NCBI GenBank assembly: GCA_050613775.1
Contig: JBODTK010000120.1
Coordinates: 1-64,000, forward strand
Direction of reading: 5' to 3'
Source of the DNA: Neocallimastix sp. 'constans'
Lineage: Eukaryota
DNA length: 64,000 nt
In this document: positions 13,621 to 32,406 of the stretch, in pieces
Position numbering within the stretch: the stretch's first letter is position 1
How the letters are laid out: each line of letters starts with the position of its first letter
Position numbers and translations under genes: made by a program
The notes under the pieces: generated by a model
Databases searched by the model: none
What the model was told of the DNA's origin: nothing
What the model saw: the letters and a program-made list of their open reading frames with translations, nothing else

Positions 13621-15075
13621 TATATATAAAAGAAAAATAATTATAAAAAAAAAAAAAACTATTTATTCTTATTATGATATTATTATATATTTTTATGTTA
13701 ATACTAAATAATAATAATAATTATAACAATAATAATAACGATAGTAGGTAATAATTATAACATTAGTAATAGCAGGTGTTAATTATTATAAGGAATCATA
13801 ATTGTAATTTATATATATATATATATATATTAACATTAAAATTTGCAATTTTCTGTTATAAACTTTTAAATCAAATATAAAATAATACATTATATTTTCT
13901 TTAAATAAAAATATGCATATTTATTAAATTAATTTAAATAACTACAATTTCTATCTTCTTTTATCCAGATTATAAATTATTACATTTATATATGAGCATT
14001 AATTTTATTACATTTATATTAATTAATTTTTGATTACAATATTAAGTATTACTTAATGCTATAATTTAAAGAAATAAAAATCAATTTATGATTTGTTTTT
14101 TATCATTAGATATTAATGTAGAGTACTAAAAATTAAATAATAATTAGTTATATATATATTTAAATAATACATATAATATTTATATTTATAATCTTTTATT
14201 ACATAATTTTATATTTAAAAAATTGTAACTGATTTAAAAAAAAAAAAAAAATTATTAAAAAATACAAAAAAAAATGTTAACTTTAAAAAATTGAATATTA
14301 CTTAAATGATCATACATAAAAATAATGATTTATTGATTATTTTATAAGCTTTATAATTAAGGAAAGTTTAGTAAATTAATATTTCTATTATTAAAAGAAA
14401 AAAATGGACGATCATATGGAATATATGGTTTTATTATTATATTTTTAAATTAATTCTATAATAAGTGAATAAAATAAAGATAATAAATATATATAATATA
14501 TTTGGTTTCTAAATACCTCTTTAGATATATCAATTGTTTAAATTAAATATAATATTATATTATAAATTTTATTCCTAAATTAAAAGCATTAAAGATTTAT
14601 AAATTATTTATTTCTGATTTATCCGTTTTTATTATATAAAGCTTATATAATATATATATATATATATTGACAATTTATGTACTCTTATATCAAATTTATA
14701 TAATTCATAAATAATATCAATATTAAATTTTGTAAAATTATTTAACTTTTATTTATTTTATACTATTATAGATATTTATCATATATATCTATTTAATACA
14801 TATATAGTAATTATTCCTATTATATCTAAATATAAAATAAATTTTATTAAGAATAATACACTTCTTTTTTTATTTTATAATGTTAATTTGTATGAAAGAA
14901 GTAATTTTTTATTTTTATTTTTATTTTTTTATTATTTTACTTTTATATTGAAAAAAAATTTTCTAATAAAATATTAATAACTTATAGTCCTTTTAAATGA
15001 ATGATTGATTATAAAACATTATTTTTTCTTTTGTTAATTATGTTATTATCTATATGAAATAATAAAAAAATATGT

Positions 15076-15250
15076 ATAATAAAATTAATAAAATTAATAA
15101 TAATAATAAAATTAATAAAATTAATAATAATAATAAAATTAATAAAATTAATAATAATAATAAAATTAATAAAATTAATAATAATAATAAAATTAATAAA
15201 ATTAATAATAATAATAAAATTAATAAAATTAATAATAATAATAATAATAA
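15076..15250. repeat. 27-bp tandem minisatellite, ~6 copies
   Basis: Unit AAAATTAATAAAATTAATAATAATAAT; explains the spurious KINKINNNN and INFINFIII ORFs. Confidence 0.85.
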
Positions 15251-16999
15251 TAGTTATAATAATAATAATAATAATAAATAAATAAATAAAAAAATAATAA
15301 TGATCATTCACAATATCAATTTTGATGTAGAAGTTTCTATGAAATTCTCATTAAATATTATTTTATTTCATATGATATTAAAATTTTATATGCATATATA
15401 TATATTTTTATCTTGGTTTTCAAAGAAATTATGAAGAGTTTTTAATGTTTCATTATTTATTTCTGTATAATTTATATATATTTATTTTTTCTCTATATAT
15501 AATACATATTTAATAGAAATATTTTTACTATTACAAATATTTTCTTCCATAAAAATCAGATAAATAAGTATATAAATAAATATATATATATGAATGAATA
15601 AATAGATAGATAAATATATAAATAAATTATATAATAAACATATATATAAAATAAATATTATAATAAAATATGTTGTTATTATGAATATAAATAATAAAAC
15701 TTTTCAATAGATACAAAGACCGAAAAATAACAAAAATTCAAATTATAAAAAATAAATAAATAAATAAATAAATAAAATAATTAAATATAAGTAAATATAT
15801 AAAAAAAAATAAAAAAAAAAATTTAAACGTTCTCCACATTTTTTTATAAAAAAAAATTAATGAACAAATTTCTTGGTTTATTATGAATGTAATATATATT
15901 TATGTATATTATTTAATATAACTTTAATTTTTAAAATATCAATTTTTTTTTTTTTTATTTTAATTTATGTTTTTAAACCGATTATTCCAGATGAAAAATT
16001 TTCCTGTTTCAAATGTAATGAATAAACAAACTTACCTTAAATTCAATAATTAAATTTAAGGAATTTTTTTTTTTATTCCTATTTGTTGGTTTGTATTTGT
16101 TTACTGGTTTTGCACGCTAGCTTTTTAGTGAATTTTATCATATTTTTTTTAATTATTTTTATTTATTTTACATTTTATAAATATATATTATTACATATTA
16201 TTATGTTAAATATAATCCACTACTATATAATATTAAACATTATTGTATTATATAATAAGATAATAACATATCATTTTTTTTTTTAATTTTCAATCATTGT
16301 ATTGAATGATTTTTCTAAATTAAATATTTCAAGAACTTATGTCATTATTATTATGTTTATTAAGTTTAGTTTGTATTTTATCATTATATATTTATAAATT
16401 TATATTTTATAATTAAATTTTATTATAAATTAAAATTGTTCCTGCTATGGAAAAATGAAAATCAGTAATTATTATAATATAATTATTATTAACTTTTTTC
16501 ATTTATATATATATTTTTTCTTTCCATAATTTATGGAATAAATAATTGATTTTTAAAATTATTGAATATATTTATATATATATAATTGATTATTATATTA
16601 CATTTAAATTTTATTTAATAATAGAAGATCTTATACTATTATTTTATTCATATAATTATATAAATTGGTATTAATATTTTTTTAATTAGAATAATATAAA
16701 ATATATAAAAAATAAATATTTATTATCCATTTTTTTTTATTTTTAATCAAATAATAAAATAAAAAAAAAAAATGAAAAAAAAATACCTATTGATTCTTTA
16801 TCAAATAAATGTTGACATAGGCTATAAAATGTTGACATTTGTCATATTAAAGAAAATTCATTAATAATAAAGTTAAAATAAATCAATTCATAATATACAC
16901 TGTAATATATAAATATATAGTATTAAAAAAATTTTTTATTTTTAGTGTAAAATCTTTTTTTAAAATTATTATTATTATTATTATTATTATTATGTATTA

Positions 17000-17101
<102 letters not shown>

Positions 17102-18507
17102 TGAGTATCACCATTTTTATATTAAAAAATTACATAAAAAATAAATTTTATAAATATATTACCATCATTCCTTTTTATTTTTTTATTTTTTTTTATTTTT
17201 TGAATTAATATAATAATTTTTTAGTATCAAATTAGATTTTGTAAAATAAAAAAAAAAAAAAAAAATACTTTGTAAATAATATCTGATTCCCATTGGATCT
17301 TCCAAAAAAAAAGGATAACTTTGTTAATTTAATGCAATTAAATTATAAATAATATATAAATAAAAAAAAATAAATATAAAATAAAAATTAAAATAATAAA
17401 TAAAAATTAAAAAAAAAAAAAAAAAAAAAATTGGAATTTTACATATATATATTTTTTTAAAGTATATAAAATTATAAGAATAAAATAAAAGAAACATAAA
17501 TGTTATAAAAGAAGAGAAATAAAATACTAATTCTTTCTTTGAATTTATATTTTTCATGTAAATTATATTATATTTATATATATTTTATTTTATTTTTTTT
17601 TTTTTATTTTATCTTATTTTATTTTATTTTATTTTTTTTATTTTATTTTATTTTCTACCATTAATATAAAATTATTATAAATCCTATATATTATTATTAT
17701 ATTTTATTTAATAAAATATACAAAAATCTTGTTTTTTTCTTTTTTTCTTTTTTTTTTAAAAAAATTTTTTTTTACAAATACAAAAATTAATAATTAATAT
17801 CAAATATAGTAAATATAAATAATAATCATTTATATAATGTTATTAATAATATATTTAAAATAATATTATTATATAAAATTAATTATTATGATATAAATAA
17901 CAACAATATTAATGAAGAAAGCATTATAATCTTTAAATTATACAATCAATTTTTGAATAATTTAATTAATTTAATAGAAATAAAAAAAAAAAAAAAAAGA
18001 TTCTTTAGTAATAATAAAAAAAGATATAAATATACAAATAAATAAATATTAATATAAAGTAATAATAATTATACAATTCAGCCATCATAATCTAATAAAA
18101 ATACCTTTTTTTTTTTTTCTCATTCTTTTTTTTTTTTTTTTTTTAATTTTTTATTTTTAATACAAAAATAATAATTTTAAATTTAAAATAAAAAAAAGTA
18201 TAAATGAAAAATATTTAATAAATATTTTAAATTCTAATATAAATAAACCTTTATAAACCTTTAATCTAATGTTATTTTTTTTTAAAAAATAATTATAAAA
18301 CTTTCTGATCTAATAAACAACCAAGAAGATAAGCAAACAAACAAACAAACGAGAAAACAAATAATTAGAACAATAATATTTAAAGAAAATAAAATCAAAT
18401 ATATTTTGATCTTTTTTTAAATCAATCTCTAAAAATTAGAGCATGGAAATAAAGGTATTGTAAAAAAAATAATAATAAATAATAATAAATAAATTAATTA
18501 TTAATTA

Positions 18508-18539
<32 letters not shown>

Positions 18540-18902
18540 TTATTTAATGTAAAAATTGAAAATTAAACAACCAAAAAAAAAGTTTGTAATATAATATAAT
18601 ATGATATTGAAATTGAAAAAAAAAAAAAAAAAGTAAATACAGAAAAAAAATAAAAATTAATAAATGAAATAATAAATATTTGTTAATGTGTAATATGAAT
18701 ATTTTAATTAAAAAATTAGATATATAAATACATTTAAGTAATTTAAAATATTTGAAATAATTAATTCCTTATAAGAATGTAATTTAAAAAATATATATAT
18801 ATTATATTATAATATTTTGTAATAATTGAAATTGAAATATTTATAGAAAAAAAAATTATTTTATTAATATTAAGTAAAGAAGATATAAAGATAGAAAAAA
18901 AA

Positions 18903-18954
<52 letters not shown>

Positions 18955-19833
18955 GAAAAATAGGAAAATAAAAGAAAATAAAAAAGTAATGATGAATAGT
19001 TAACTATTGATTATTATTGCAATAAATAATTAAATATAGAGTAATATAATTAAAGATATTATAATAAAATTATTCAATATTTATGATATTATAATTTTTT
19101 ATAAAATAAAAAGTTAAAAAAGAAAGTCGACTTTTTATAAATCTTTATTTAATTATTAATTAATAAAGTATAATAAAAATTTTAATTGTGTTAATTATAA
19201 ATATTATTAATTTTTTATGAAAATTATGTAAATAATTATTATATATAATAAATAATAAATACATAATAAAAAAAATCAAAAAAAAAAAAAAAATAAATAA
19301 ATAATATATAGAAAATGATAATAAAAGGTTAAGGTATAATTAAAATTATATTTGTTATATATTTTGTATCTATTTATAATATATGTATAATATAGTTTCT
19401 AAGTAAAATTAATATATTAATAGTATAGTTTTTATTTATTTTTAACAATGAATTATTCTCTTTTTTATAATTTATATTTGATAAACTTTTAAATATGTTG
19501 AATGAACAAAATATATATATATAAGGGAAAGAAAGAAATTCAATAACAACAACAAATAAAATAATGAATTAAAAAAAAAATAATATTTTTTAAAGAGAAT
19601 TTTATAATTATAGTTTATTTTTTTTTTTAAATAAAACATATTTTAAATTTATAATATTTATTATATAATAATAATAATGATGATGATTATATATACAATA
19701 ATACTATATCAACTCTAGATTATTAAATAATTCATAATTTAATAATGATTTTAATATTTTTAATGTTAAATATGTATTTATACTTTTAATGTTTAAATCA
19801 AAATCAAAAGTATATAAACCATAACATATTTAG

Positions 19834-19864
<31 letters not shown>

Positions 19865-20064
19865 TACTGACTTTTAATAAATATTATAATAAATAAATAA
19901 ATAAATAAATTTGGAAATATATATATCTTTATTTATATAGATATTATCGAAATAATAAAATTAATTCATAGCAAGTGAAATTGAATAGTAATAATAATAA
20001 TAATAAATAATAATAATAACAATTCCTATAAAGCTTAATTTAAATAAAGAGAAAATATCCATTA

Positions 20065-22651
20065 ATGTCGAATTGGAATATGATAAATAATGAACATAAT
20101 ATGTTAAGCGCAAGTTCTTCAGGTAATTTATCCCAACCATATTCTCAGAAAATAGAGGAATCTACTGAAGATAGATTACTAGAATTAAGAGTGGCGGAGC
20201 AATCATTAGATTTCTCAAATAGAAATTTCTCAAGGTATCAATAGGAATTAGATAAATTATTATATATTTTAAATACTTGTATATATATTTCTTTTTAGAA
20301 TTTAAAGAATAATAATAATAAATTTGAATGTTATCATAATAATTATAAAATTATGCAAAATTAAATTTATATCAAATTAAATTAAACAATTGTTTAATAG
20401 GGAAATATATATATATCATAAAAAGCAGGAAAGATTTAAAAAAACAGTTATGGGTGTTCATACAATTGTATCAAAAAAATTATATAGATTATCAAATTTA
20501 ACATTAGAAGAATATTTTAGAAGTCGATGGAAAATTTCAAGGTAATATAATAAAATTAATTAATAAAAATTTCACCATATTATCTTATTTAAAAAATAAT
20601 TTAAATAATGAATTAATGAATTTCATTTATAATATTAAAATATAATTATAATAAATGAAAAATTAACAATAAATCTAAAATAGAGCTCGTAAGTTTTAAT
20701 ATATATATTATATTTTGATTTAATAATAATATTAAATAATTATTTATTCTTAATAAATTTAATTATTTAGAGGTTTATAGATTTTTAGATGCAGGTAATT
20801 TCAATAAATCTTTTTTAATTGATAATTATAAAAATAATTGATAATAGTAATAATAACAATAATATTATTTAAACAAAAATGTTTTTTTAACATAAACTTT
20901 TATCATATATAACTATATATTATATATATTTAAAAAAAAAAAAATATATATATAAATATTTGTATTCCTTTTATAATTAATAGCTGAAGTATTAAATGTA
21001 AATTCTAATATAATTATTATTATTCAAATAAAAAAAAAATTTTTTTTTTTCTGATTATTAATATTTTCCAATATATTATTATTATTATTGTAATTATTAT
21101 ATTCTCATAAAAATAATGTTAAAATAGCAATTAGAAGATTTTACTTTTCTACCAAGCCATGAATTACTATGTCGTACCTTGAAACAACATGCAAAGTGTA
21201 CTGAACATATTAGAATTTTATGGAAAACGGTTTTAAGTAAAGTTGACGATCATTTAACTTCTATAAATAGTAGTTTGATATCCAATACATGGTCAGAATT
21301 AGTTAAACAAGGCGTCGTTGTACCATTGCCTGCACAACCAAAAAAATCAAAAAAAAGATCACGTAAAAATGAAGATATTAATAGTGAAAATAATTCTAAT
21401 GATAATTCCGTTGTTAAAGTAATTAAAACAAAACATCCAAATATGAATAATGATGAAAATAAAATGGCCTATAATCTTTTGGAGTTTAATGAAAATCAAA
21501 TCGATTCAAATATTAAAACAAATAATTCAATGAGACGTTCAAATCATTATAATGTAATAAAATTTAATGGTCCTACTGATAATAATTATTCAGTCAATAA
21601 TAAATTTTATACAAATCAAGATAAGAATAAATCAGCAAGACAATCCTATGAACCTTCTTCATCAAGTTCATATAATTATAATCCAATGAGTTCATCTTCT
21701 TCTAATAAATATAATAATTATCCTAGCAATAATAATAGCAATAACAATAATAATCATAATAATAATTATAATTCATTGAATTCAAATTTCAATCGTGAGC
21801 CACCCCCATCAAATTATAATAATTATCAATATTATTCTGTTGATACCACTAATGATAAATTAGTTCCTCGACATCATTATTATAAAAATGAATATAATGA
21901 AAATTCAATAAGTAGTAATAGAAATAATTCTGAAGAGGAGCTATATAAATATCATATTAATAATTCTAATACTCCATTAAAGAATCAACCTAATGTATTA
22001 TCAACTTATTTTGATAATAATAACTATAACAGCAACAACCACAAGAATAATCATAATAATAATAATAGTAATATTTATAATGATAGAAATAATGATAATA
22101 TTTATCCAACCACATCTGTAAATTTATCTAATAGGCGTTTACCTGATATTAATTCATTGAAAAATAATATTACTAACAATAATAATAGTAATAATAGTAA
22201 TAATAATAATAATAAAAATCAGAATGATTATTTAAATTATCAACTTGGTACCTCTGATCTTACAAATACTTTTAATATGAATAATAAGAAAGAATCTAAT
22301 CTTTCATCATCTTTGAATAAAGTGCCTCTATCCCAAAATAAAAATAATTTATATCGACCTATCGAAACTACAAATACAAATGCAAATGTAAATGAATATA
22401 TTTATTATTATTTTTATTTTATTATTATTATTATTATTATTATTTTGTTTTTGTTTCGTTTTTGTTTTTTTGTCTTTATTTTTTCTTTATCTTTTGATTT
22501 TGATTTTGATTTTGATTTTATTTTTTTTTTTTTTTTTACAATTTTATTTATTCATTCATTTATTAAATTTTGTGAAATCATTTATTATTCTTTAATAAGA
22601 ATTTAAGTATTTACATTAAATTATTTTTTATTTTCAATATTTATTATAAAA

Positions 22652-22696
<45 letters not shown>

Positions 22697-23588
22697 GAAT
22701 AATTTAACATTCATTGAATATTTTGATACTAAAAAAAATTTATATCAATATCGTAAGTTACAAATAAATTATAAATTACAATAATATATAATAATAGACA
22801 CTGATATTTAGTTATTAATAATTAATATTTATTAATATTAATATATTTATTTATTTATTTATTTTTCTTTCTATAAATATATAGGTACAAATTCAGTAGA
22901 TAATACGAAATTAAGATATGATCCATCAAATAATTCCAACATACCGATAACGAATAAGCCAAGTCAATATGTTAAAAATAATATGACTCAAGAATATCCT
23001 TATTATCAGCCATCCACAAGCACGCCATTAACATTACCATCACCAATACCACCACCTATCTCTTCACAACAAAGTTCAATAAATAATATTCCTTTAAATA
23101 TTGATCAAAACGATCATCATTCATCGTCTACTCTCACTAGAAATGTAAATAATCCTAATCCTAATAATAGTAATAATAATAATTCCATGTCAACTTTCAA
23201 TAGGAATATGAATAATCCTAGTAATATTAATAATTCACTATCTTCTTTTAATAGAAATATAACTGACCCTAATAATAATAATAATTCACAATCAACTTTC
23301 AATAGAAATATAAATGATCCTAGTAATAATTCACCGTCTACGTTCAATGGCAATATACTTAATCCTAATAATAATAATAATTCACCGTCTACTTTCAATA
23401 GAAATATAAATGATCCTAATGGTCAATCTAATTCTTATTCTTCTTTATCCTCTTTATCTAATAGATATAATAATAACAAAGATATCGAAATAAATAATTT
23501 TGAAAACCCAAAAAATCAAAACATGAAACATTTTAATAATTCAAATCAATCTAAAATACAGCATTCTGAAACTTCAAAATATAATTTA

Positions 23589-23622
<34 letters not shown>

Positions 23623-23949
23623 TTACAGAAAATTATAAAGCAAATACTATCTCAAATCAGTTGTCACTACCACCACCATCACAACAACAGCAAACACAAC
23701 AATCACGACAATTACAACCACAACAACAGGCCTTACCATCATCATCATCATCATATCATTCTAATCAACATTTAATCCATGATAATAAGATACCATCACA
23801 ATCCTCTTATAATATAAATGATATACTATCCACTTCAAAACAAAATATTTCTCCTGTTCTTCCACCACTCTCTTCCCTTAGTAAAGAAGTATATATAAAT
23901 AATTTAATATAAAAAAAAAATTTTTTTATTATTTTTTTTTTTTTACTTT

Positions 23950-23985
<36 letters not shown>

Positions 23986-24048
23986 TTTAAAATTAATTAT
24001 TTTATATTATTAATTTTTTGTTTGTTTTTTTCGTTTTTTTGTTTTTGT

Positions 24049-24079
<31 letters not shown>

Positions 24080-24357
24080 GTTTATATAATTAATATAAAT
24101 TAATCATTAATATTTATATATAATATATATATATATTTATTTTTATATTAATATTAATATAAAAGAATAATAATGATACATTGATGGTCATAAATAACAA
24201 CAATAATAATAATTCTTTCTATGATTATAAACGAGATAATTCTGATATTAGTTTAAATAATAATAGTAATAAATATCGTGCCAATTTAAATAATATAGAT
24301 GATCATAAAAATGAATCAAATTCCAAAAATCGATATAATTCTTATACAAAAAACTAA
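20065..24357 (+). CDS. Putative DNA-binding protein/transcription factor: N-terminal HTH-like domain plus long Asn/Ser/Gln/Pro-rich disordered tail; 9 exons
   Basis: Exons 20065-20234, 20401-20541, 20684-20688, 20771-20794, 20984-20997, 21128-22387, 22698-22752, 22885-23888, 24166-24357 are all GT-AG and keep frame. Domain: ...QERFKKTVMGVHTIVSKKLYRLSNLTLEEYFRSRWKISRAQVYRFLDAAEVLNQLEDFTFLPSHELLCRTLKQHAKCTEHIRILWKTVLSKV. Confidence 0.75.
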
Positions 24358-24667
24358 TAATTATTCTAATTAAGAGGATAGAAATAAAATTTAAATGAAA
24401 ATAAAAATTAAAAAAAAAAAAAAAAAAAAAACATTAATTTATATATAATATAGTATAATTACAAAATAGTAACAATTTGAAAAAGTTTATATAATAACAA
24501 TAATAATGATAATAATATTATTATTAATATTAAATTTTATAAATATTTTTAAATCAATTCTATATTCATTATATATTATATTCATATCATATTATATCTT
24601 ATATATTCATTACATTAGTTTTATATTTTTAAAAATACAGTTATCCATTAAATAATTTTTATTTATT

Positions 24668-24707
<40 letters not shown>

Positions 24708-25538
24708 GATATTTTTTTTGAATATTTAATATATATAATATAATATTTATACAATATATCTGTAAAAAAAGTATTAAAATAATTCTTAAATAGTATTTTT
24801 TTTTATATAATTTAAATTTACCATTTTAAACAAATCTATAATTTATAATTAATATATATATATATATATTTATTTATTTAACATTATTTTTATTCATAAA
24901 AAAAATAATTATTATAAAATTATTTAAATTATATTTGGATAATACTTTATATTTTATTTATTTAAATTTTTTTTTTTTTTGTTTAAAAAAAAAAAATAAT
25001 TATAGAATAATATTATTAATATTAAGATATATGATAATAATAATAAATAAATTGAAAAAATAATGATAAAACATATTCACTTTATTATGAAAGTATTTCT
25101 ATACATCCTAATCTGTTAAAAAAATTTTTACTTTATATTTTTAATTTTATTTTTATACTTTTATAAATAATTTGTTATCCTATAAATTAATATTCAATTA
25201 ATTTTTATTTTAATAAAAAAAAAAATAAATATAAAAAATACAATATAAAAAAAGTAAAAAAAAAAAGAAAGATAAATTAAAAGTATTCTTTTCATTGGGG
25301 ATATATGATATATTTTTTTTTTTATATATAAAAATATATGTACTTTACCAAAAAAAAAAAAAATAATAATAATAATAATATATAAATGTTTTAAATGAAC
25401 CCTATTTAACCAAAAAAAAAAAAAAAAAAAAAAAATTTAATTTATTAAAAATAAAATTTTAATATATCTTGATCTTAAAATATAAAATTATATATAAAAA
25501 AAAAAATTTTTTTTAATTAATTTAATATATTATTATTT

Positions 25539-25569
<31 letters not shown>

Positions 25570-25639
25570 TTATTCATTATTTAATTATTCAATTAAATAA
25601 TTATTAATAAATACTGTTTTTATTATTTAATTATTATTT

Positions 25640-25670
<31 letters not shown>

Positions 25671-25736
25671 ATTTATTTATTTATTTATTTATTTATATAA
25701 ATAAATTAATATATACCACTTCATTTATTTATTGTG

Positions 25737-25977
25737 AAGATTTTATTGTACCAAAGATATTTAAATAAAAAAATATATATATAATTTGGAGAATTATTAA
25801 TTGTAAACATTTTATATATTTTTTCTAATTAAAATTTTTAATATATTAAAGAAAAAAAATTTTTTTTATCAATAATTGTGGGTACTTTTTTTTTTTTTTT
25901 TAATCTCTTTTTTTTTTATTATATATCTTTATTTATTGATTGATTGATCTATTATATCTTTGGTACAATAAAATCTT
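25737..25977. mobile_element. MITE-like element with perfect 24-bp terminal inverted repeats
   Basis: AAGATTTTATTGTACCAAAGATAT (25737-25760) is the exact reverse complement of 25954-25977. AT-rich non-coding interior; no clear TSD. Confidence 0.5.
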
Positions 25978-26721
25978 TTACATTAACTAAAACAATTTTT
26001 ATTTCTTTTTTTTTTTTTATCTTTTTTTTTTTCAAATGAATGTTTAACAATCAACTAATCTCGAAAAGTTTAATTTACCTAATTAAATTTATTTAATTAT
26101 ATTTTTATATATTTAATTATATTTTATTTTTCCTTTATTTATTTTTCCTTTATTTATTTATCCATTTATTTATCTATTCATTAATTTATATTTTTATTCA
26201 TTAATTTATCTATTTATTTATTTATTTATTTATTAATTTATTTATATATTTATTTATATATTTAATAATTTATAATCGAAATTAAAAAAAAAAAAATATT
26301 TAATAAAAAAATAATTATTAATTATTATTACAATCAAAATTAATAACTCTATTATTTGAAATAATAATATTATAATACTATTATACTATCTTACTTTTTC
26401 TTTTCATATTATATCATCATTTTTAGATACATACATATATATATATATATATTTTTTTTTTCATATTTTCACACATATATAACATTCAAATTTATCAATA
26501 TTTTTATTAAGAAAAAATAATTTTTTTTTTAAATTGATTGATTTAAATAGATAAAATTTTTTTTTAAAAAAAAAAAAAAAAATAATTATAAAATAGAGTA
26601 GTAAAATAAAATGAATTGATGACCTGTACATATTAAAAATAATTTATACGTATATCTTTGACAACAATTAAATTTATATTAAAAAATATTAAAATATAAA
26701 AATGTATAAATATTACCTATT

Positions 26722-26755
<34 letters not shown>

Positions 26756-27184
26756 TTTTTTTTTCCTAATTTTTATTATTATTTTATTATTTTTATTATT
26801 ATTATTAATTAATTAATTATTTTTTTTTTTTAAATTTATATATATATAATTAGATATAAAAAAATTTTTTTAAAAAAAAATTTTTTTCTATTAATATATT
26901 ATTAATTTAAAAAAAAAAAAAAAGTTATTGATATTTATATTTTATTTAATAAAGTAAAGTTTTAAATTATCTCTTTTATTATTATTATTATTATTATTAT
27001 TATCTATTTATATCTGATAATAATAATGATGATATTAATAATAATAACAATAATATATTTTCTTTTTTTTGTTTCATTCTATTAAAATTTTTTTATATAT
27101 TTATATATAATAATTATAATAAATAATAATCTATATATTATAATAATATATTATCTATTTTGTATATTTTATTAATGATTATTC

Positions 27185-27219
<35 letters not shown>

Positions 27220-27604
27220 AATGATAATTTAAAATTAAAATTTATATATTTATTTTTATTTTATTTTTATTTTTATTTATTTTTTTATTTTATTTTATTT
27301 TTATTTTTTTATTATTATTTTTTTTTTTTTGGTTTTTTACTATTATTTATTTATTTATTTATTAAGATTAAATAAAGAGATATTTTATTAATTATATATA
27401 TATATTTATTTATTCTATTTATTCATTTATATAATATGATAAAAAAAAAATGATTGATTTAATATTATTATATATAATTAATGTATTTTATGATATAATT
27501 AATTTATTTTATTATATTATTATATTCAATAGAAATATAAAAATGTTTAATTATTTAATTTTCTTTTTTTTTTTTTTTTTTTTTTTTTTGGTGATTTATC
27601 TTAT

Positions 27605-32406
<4,802 letters not shown>

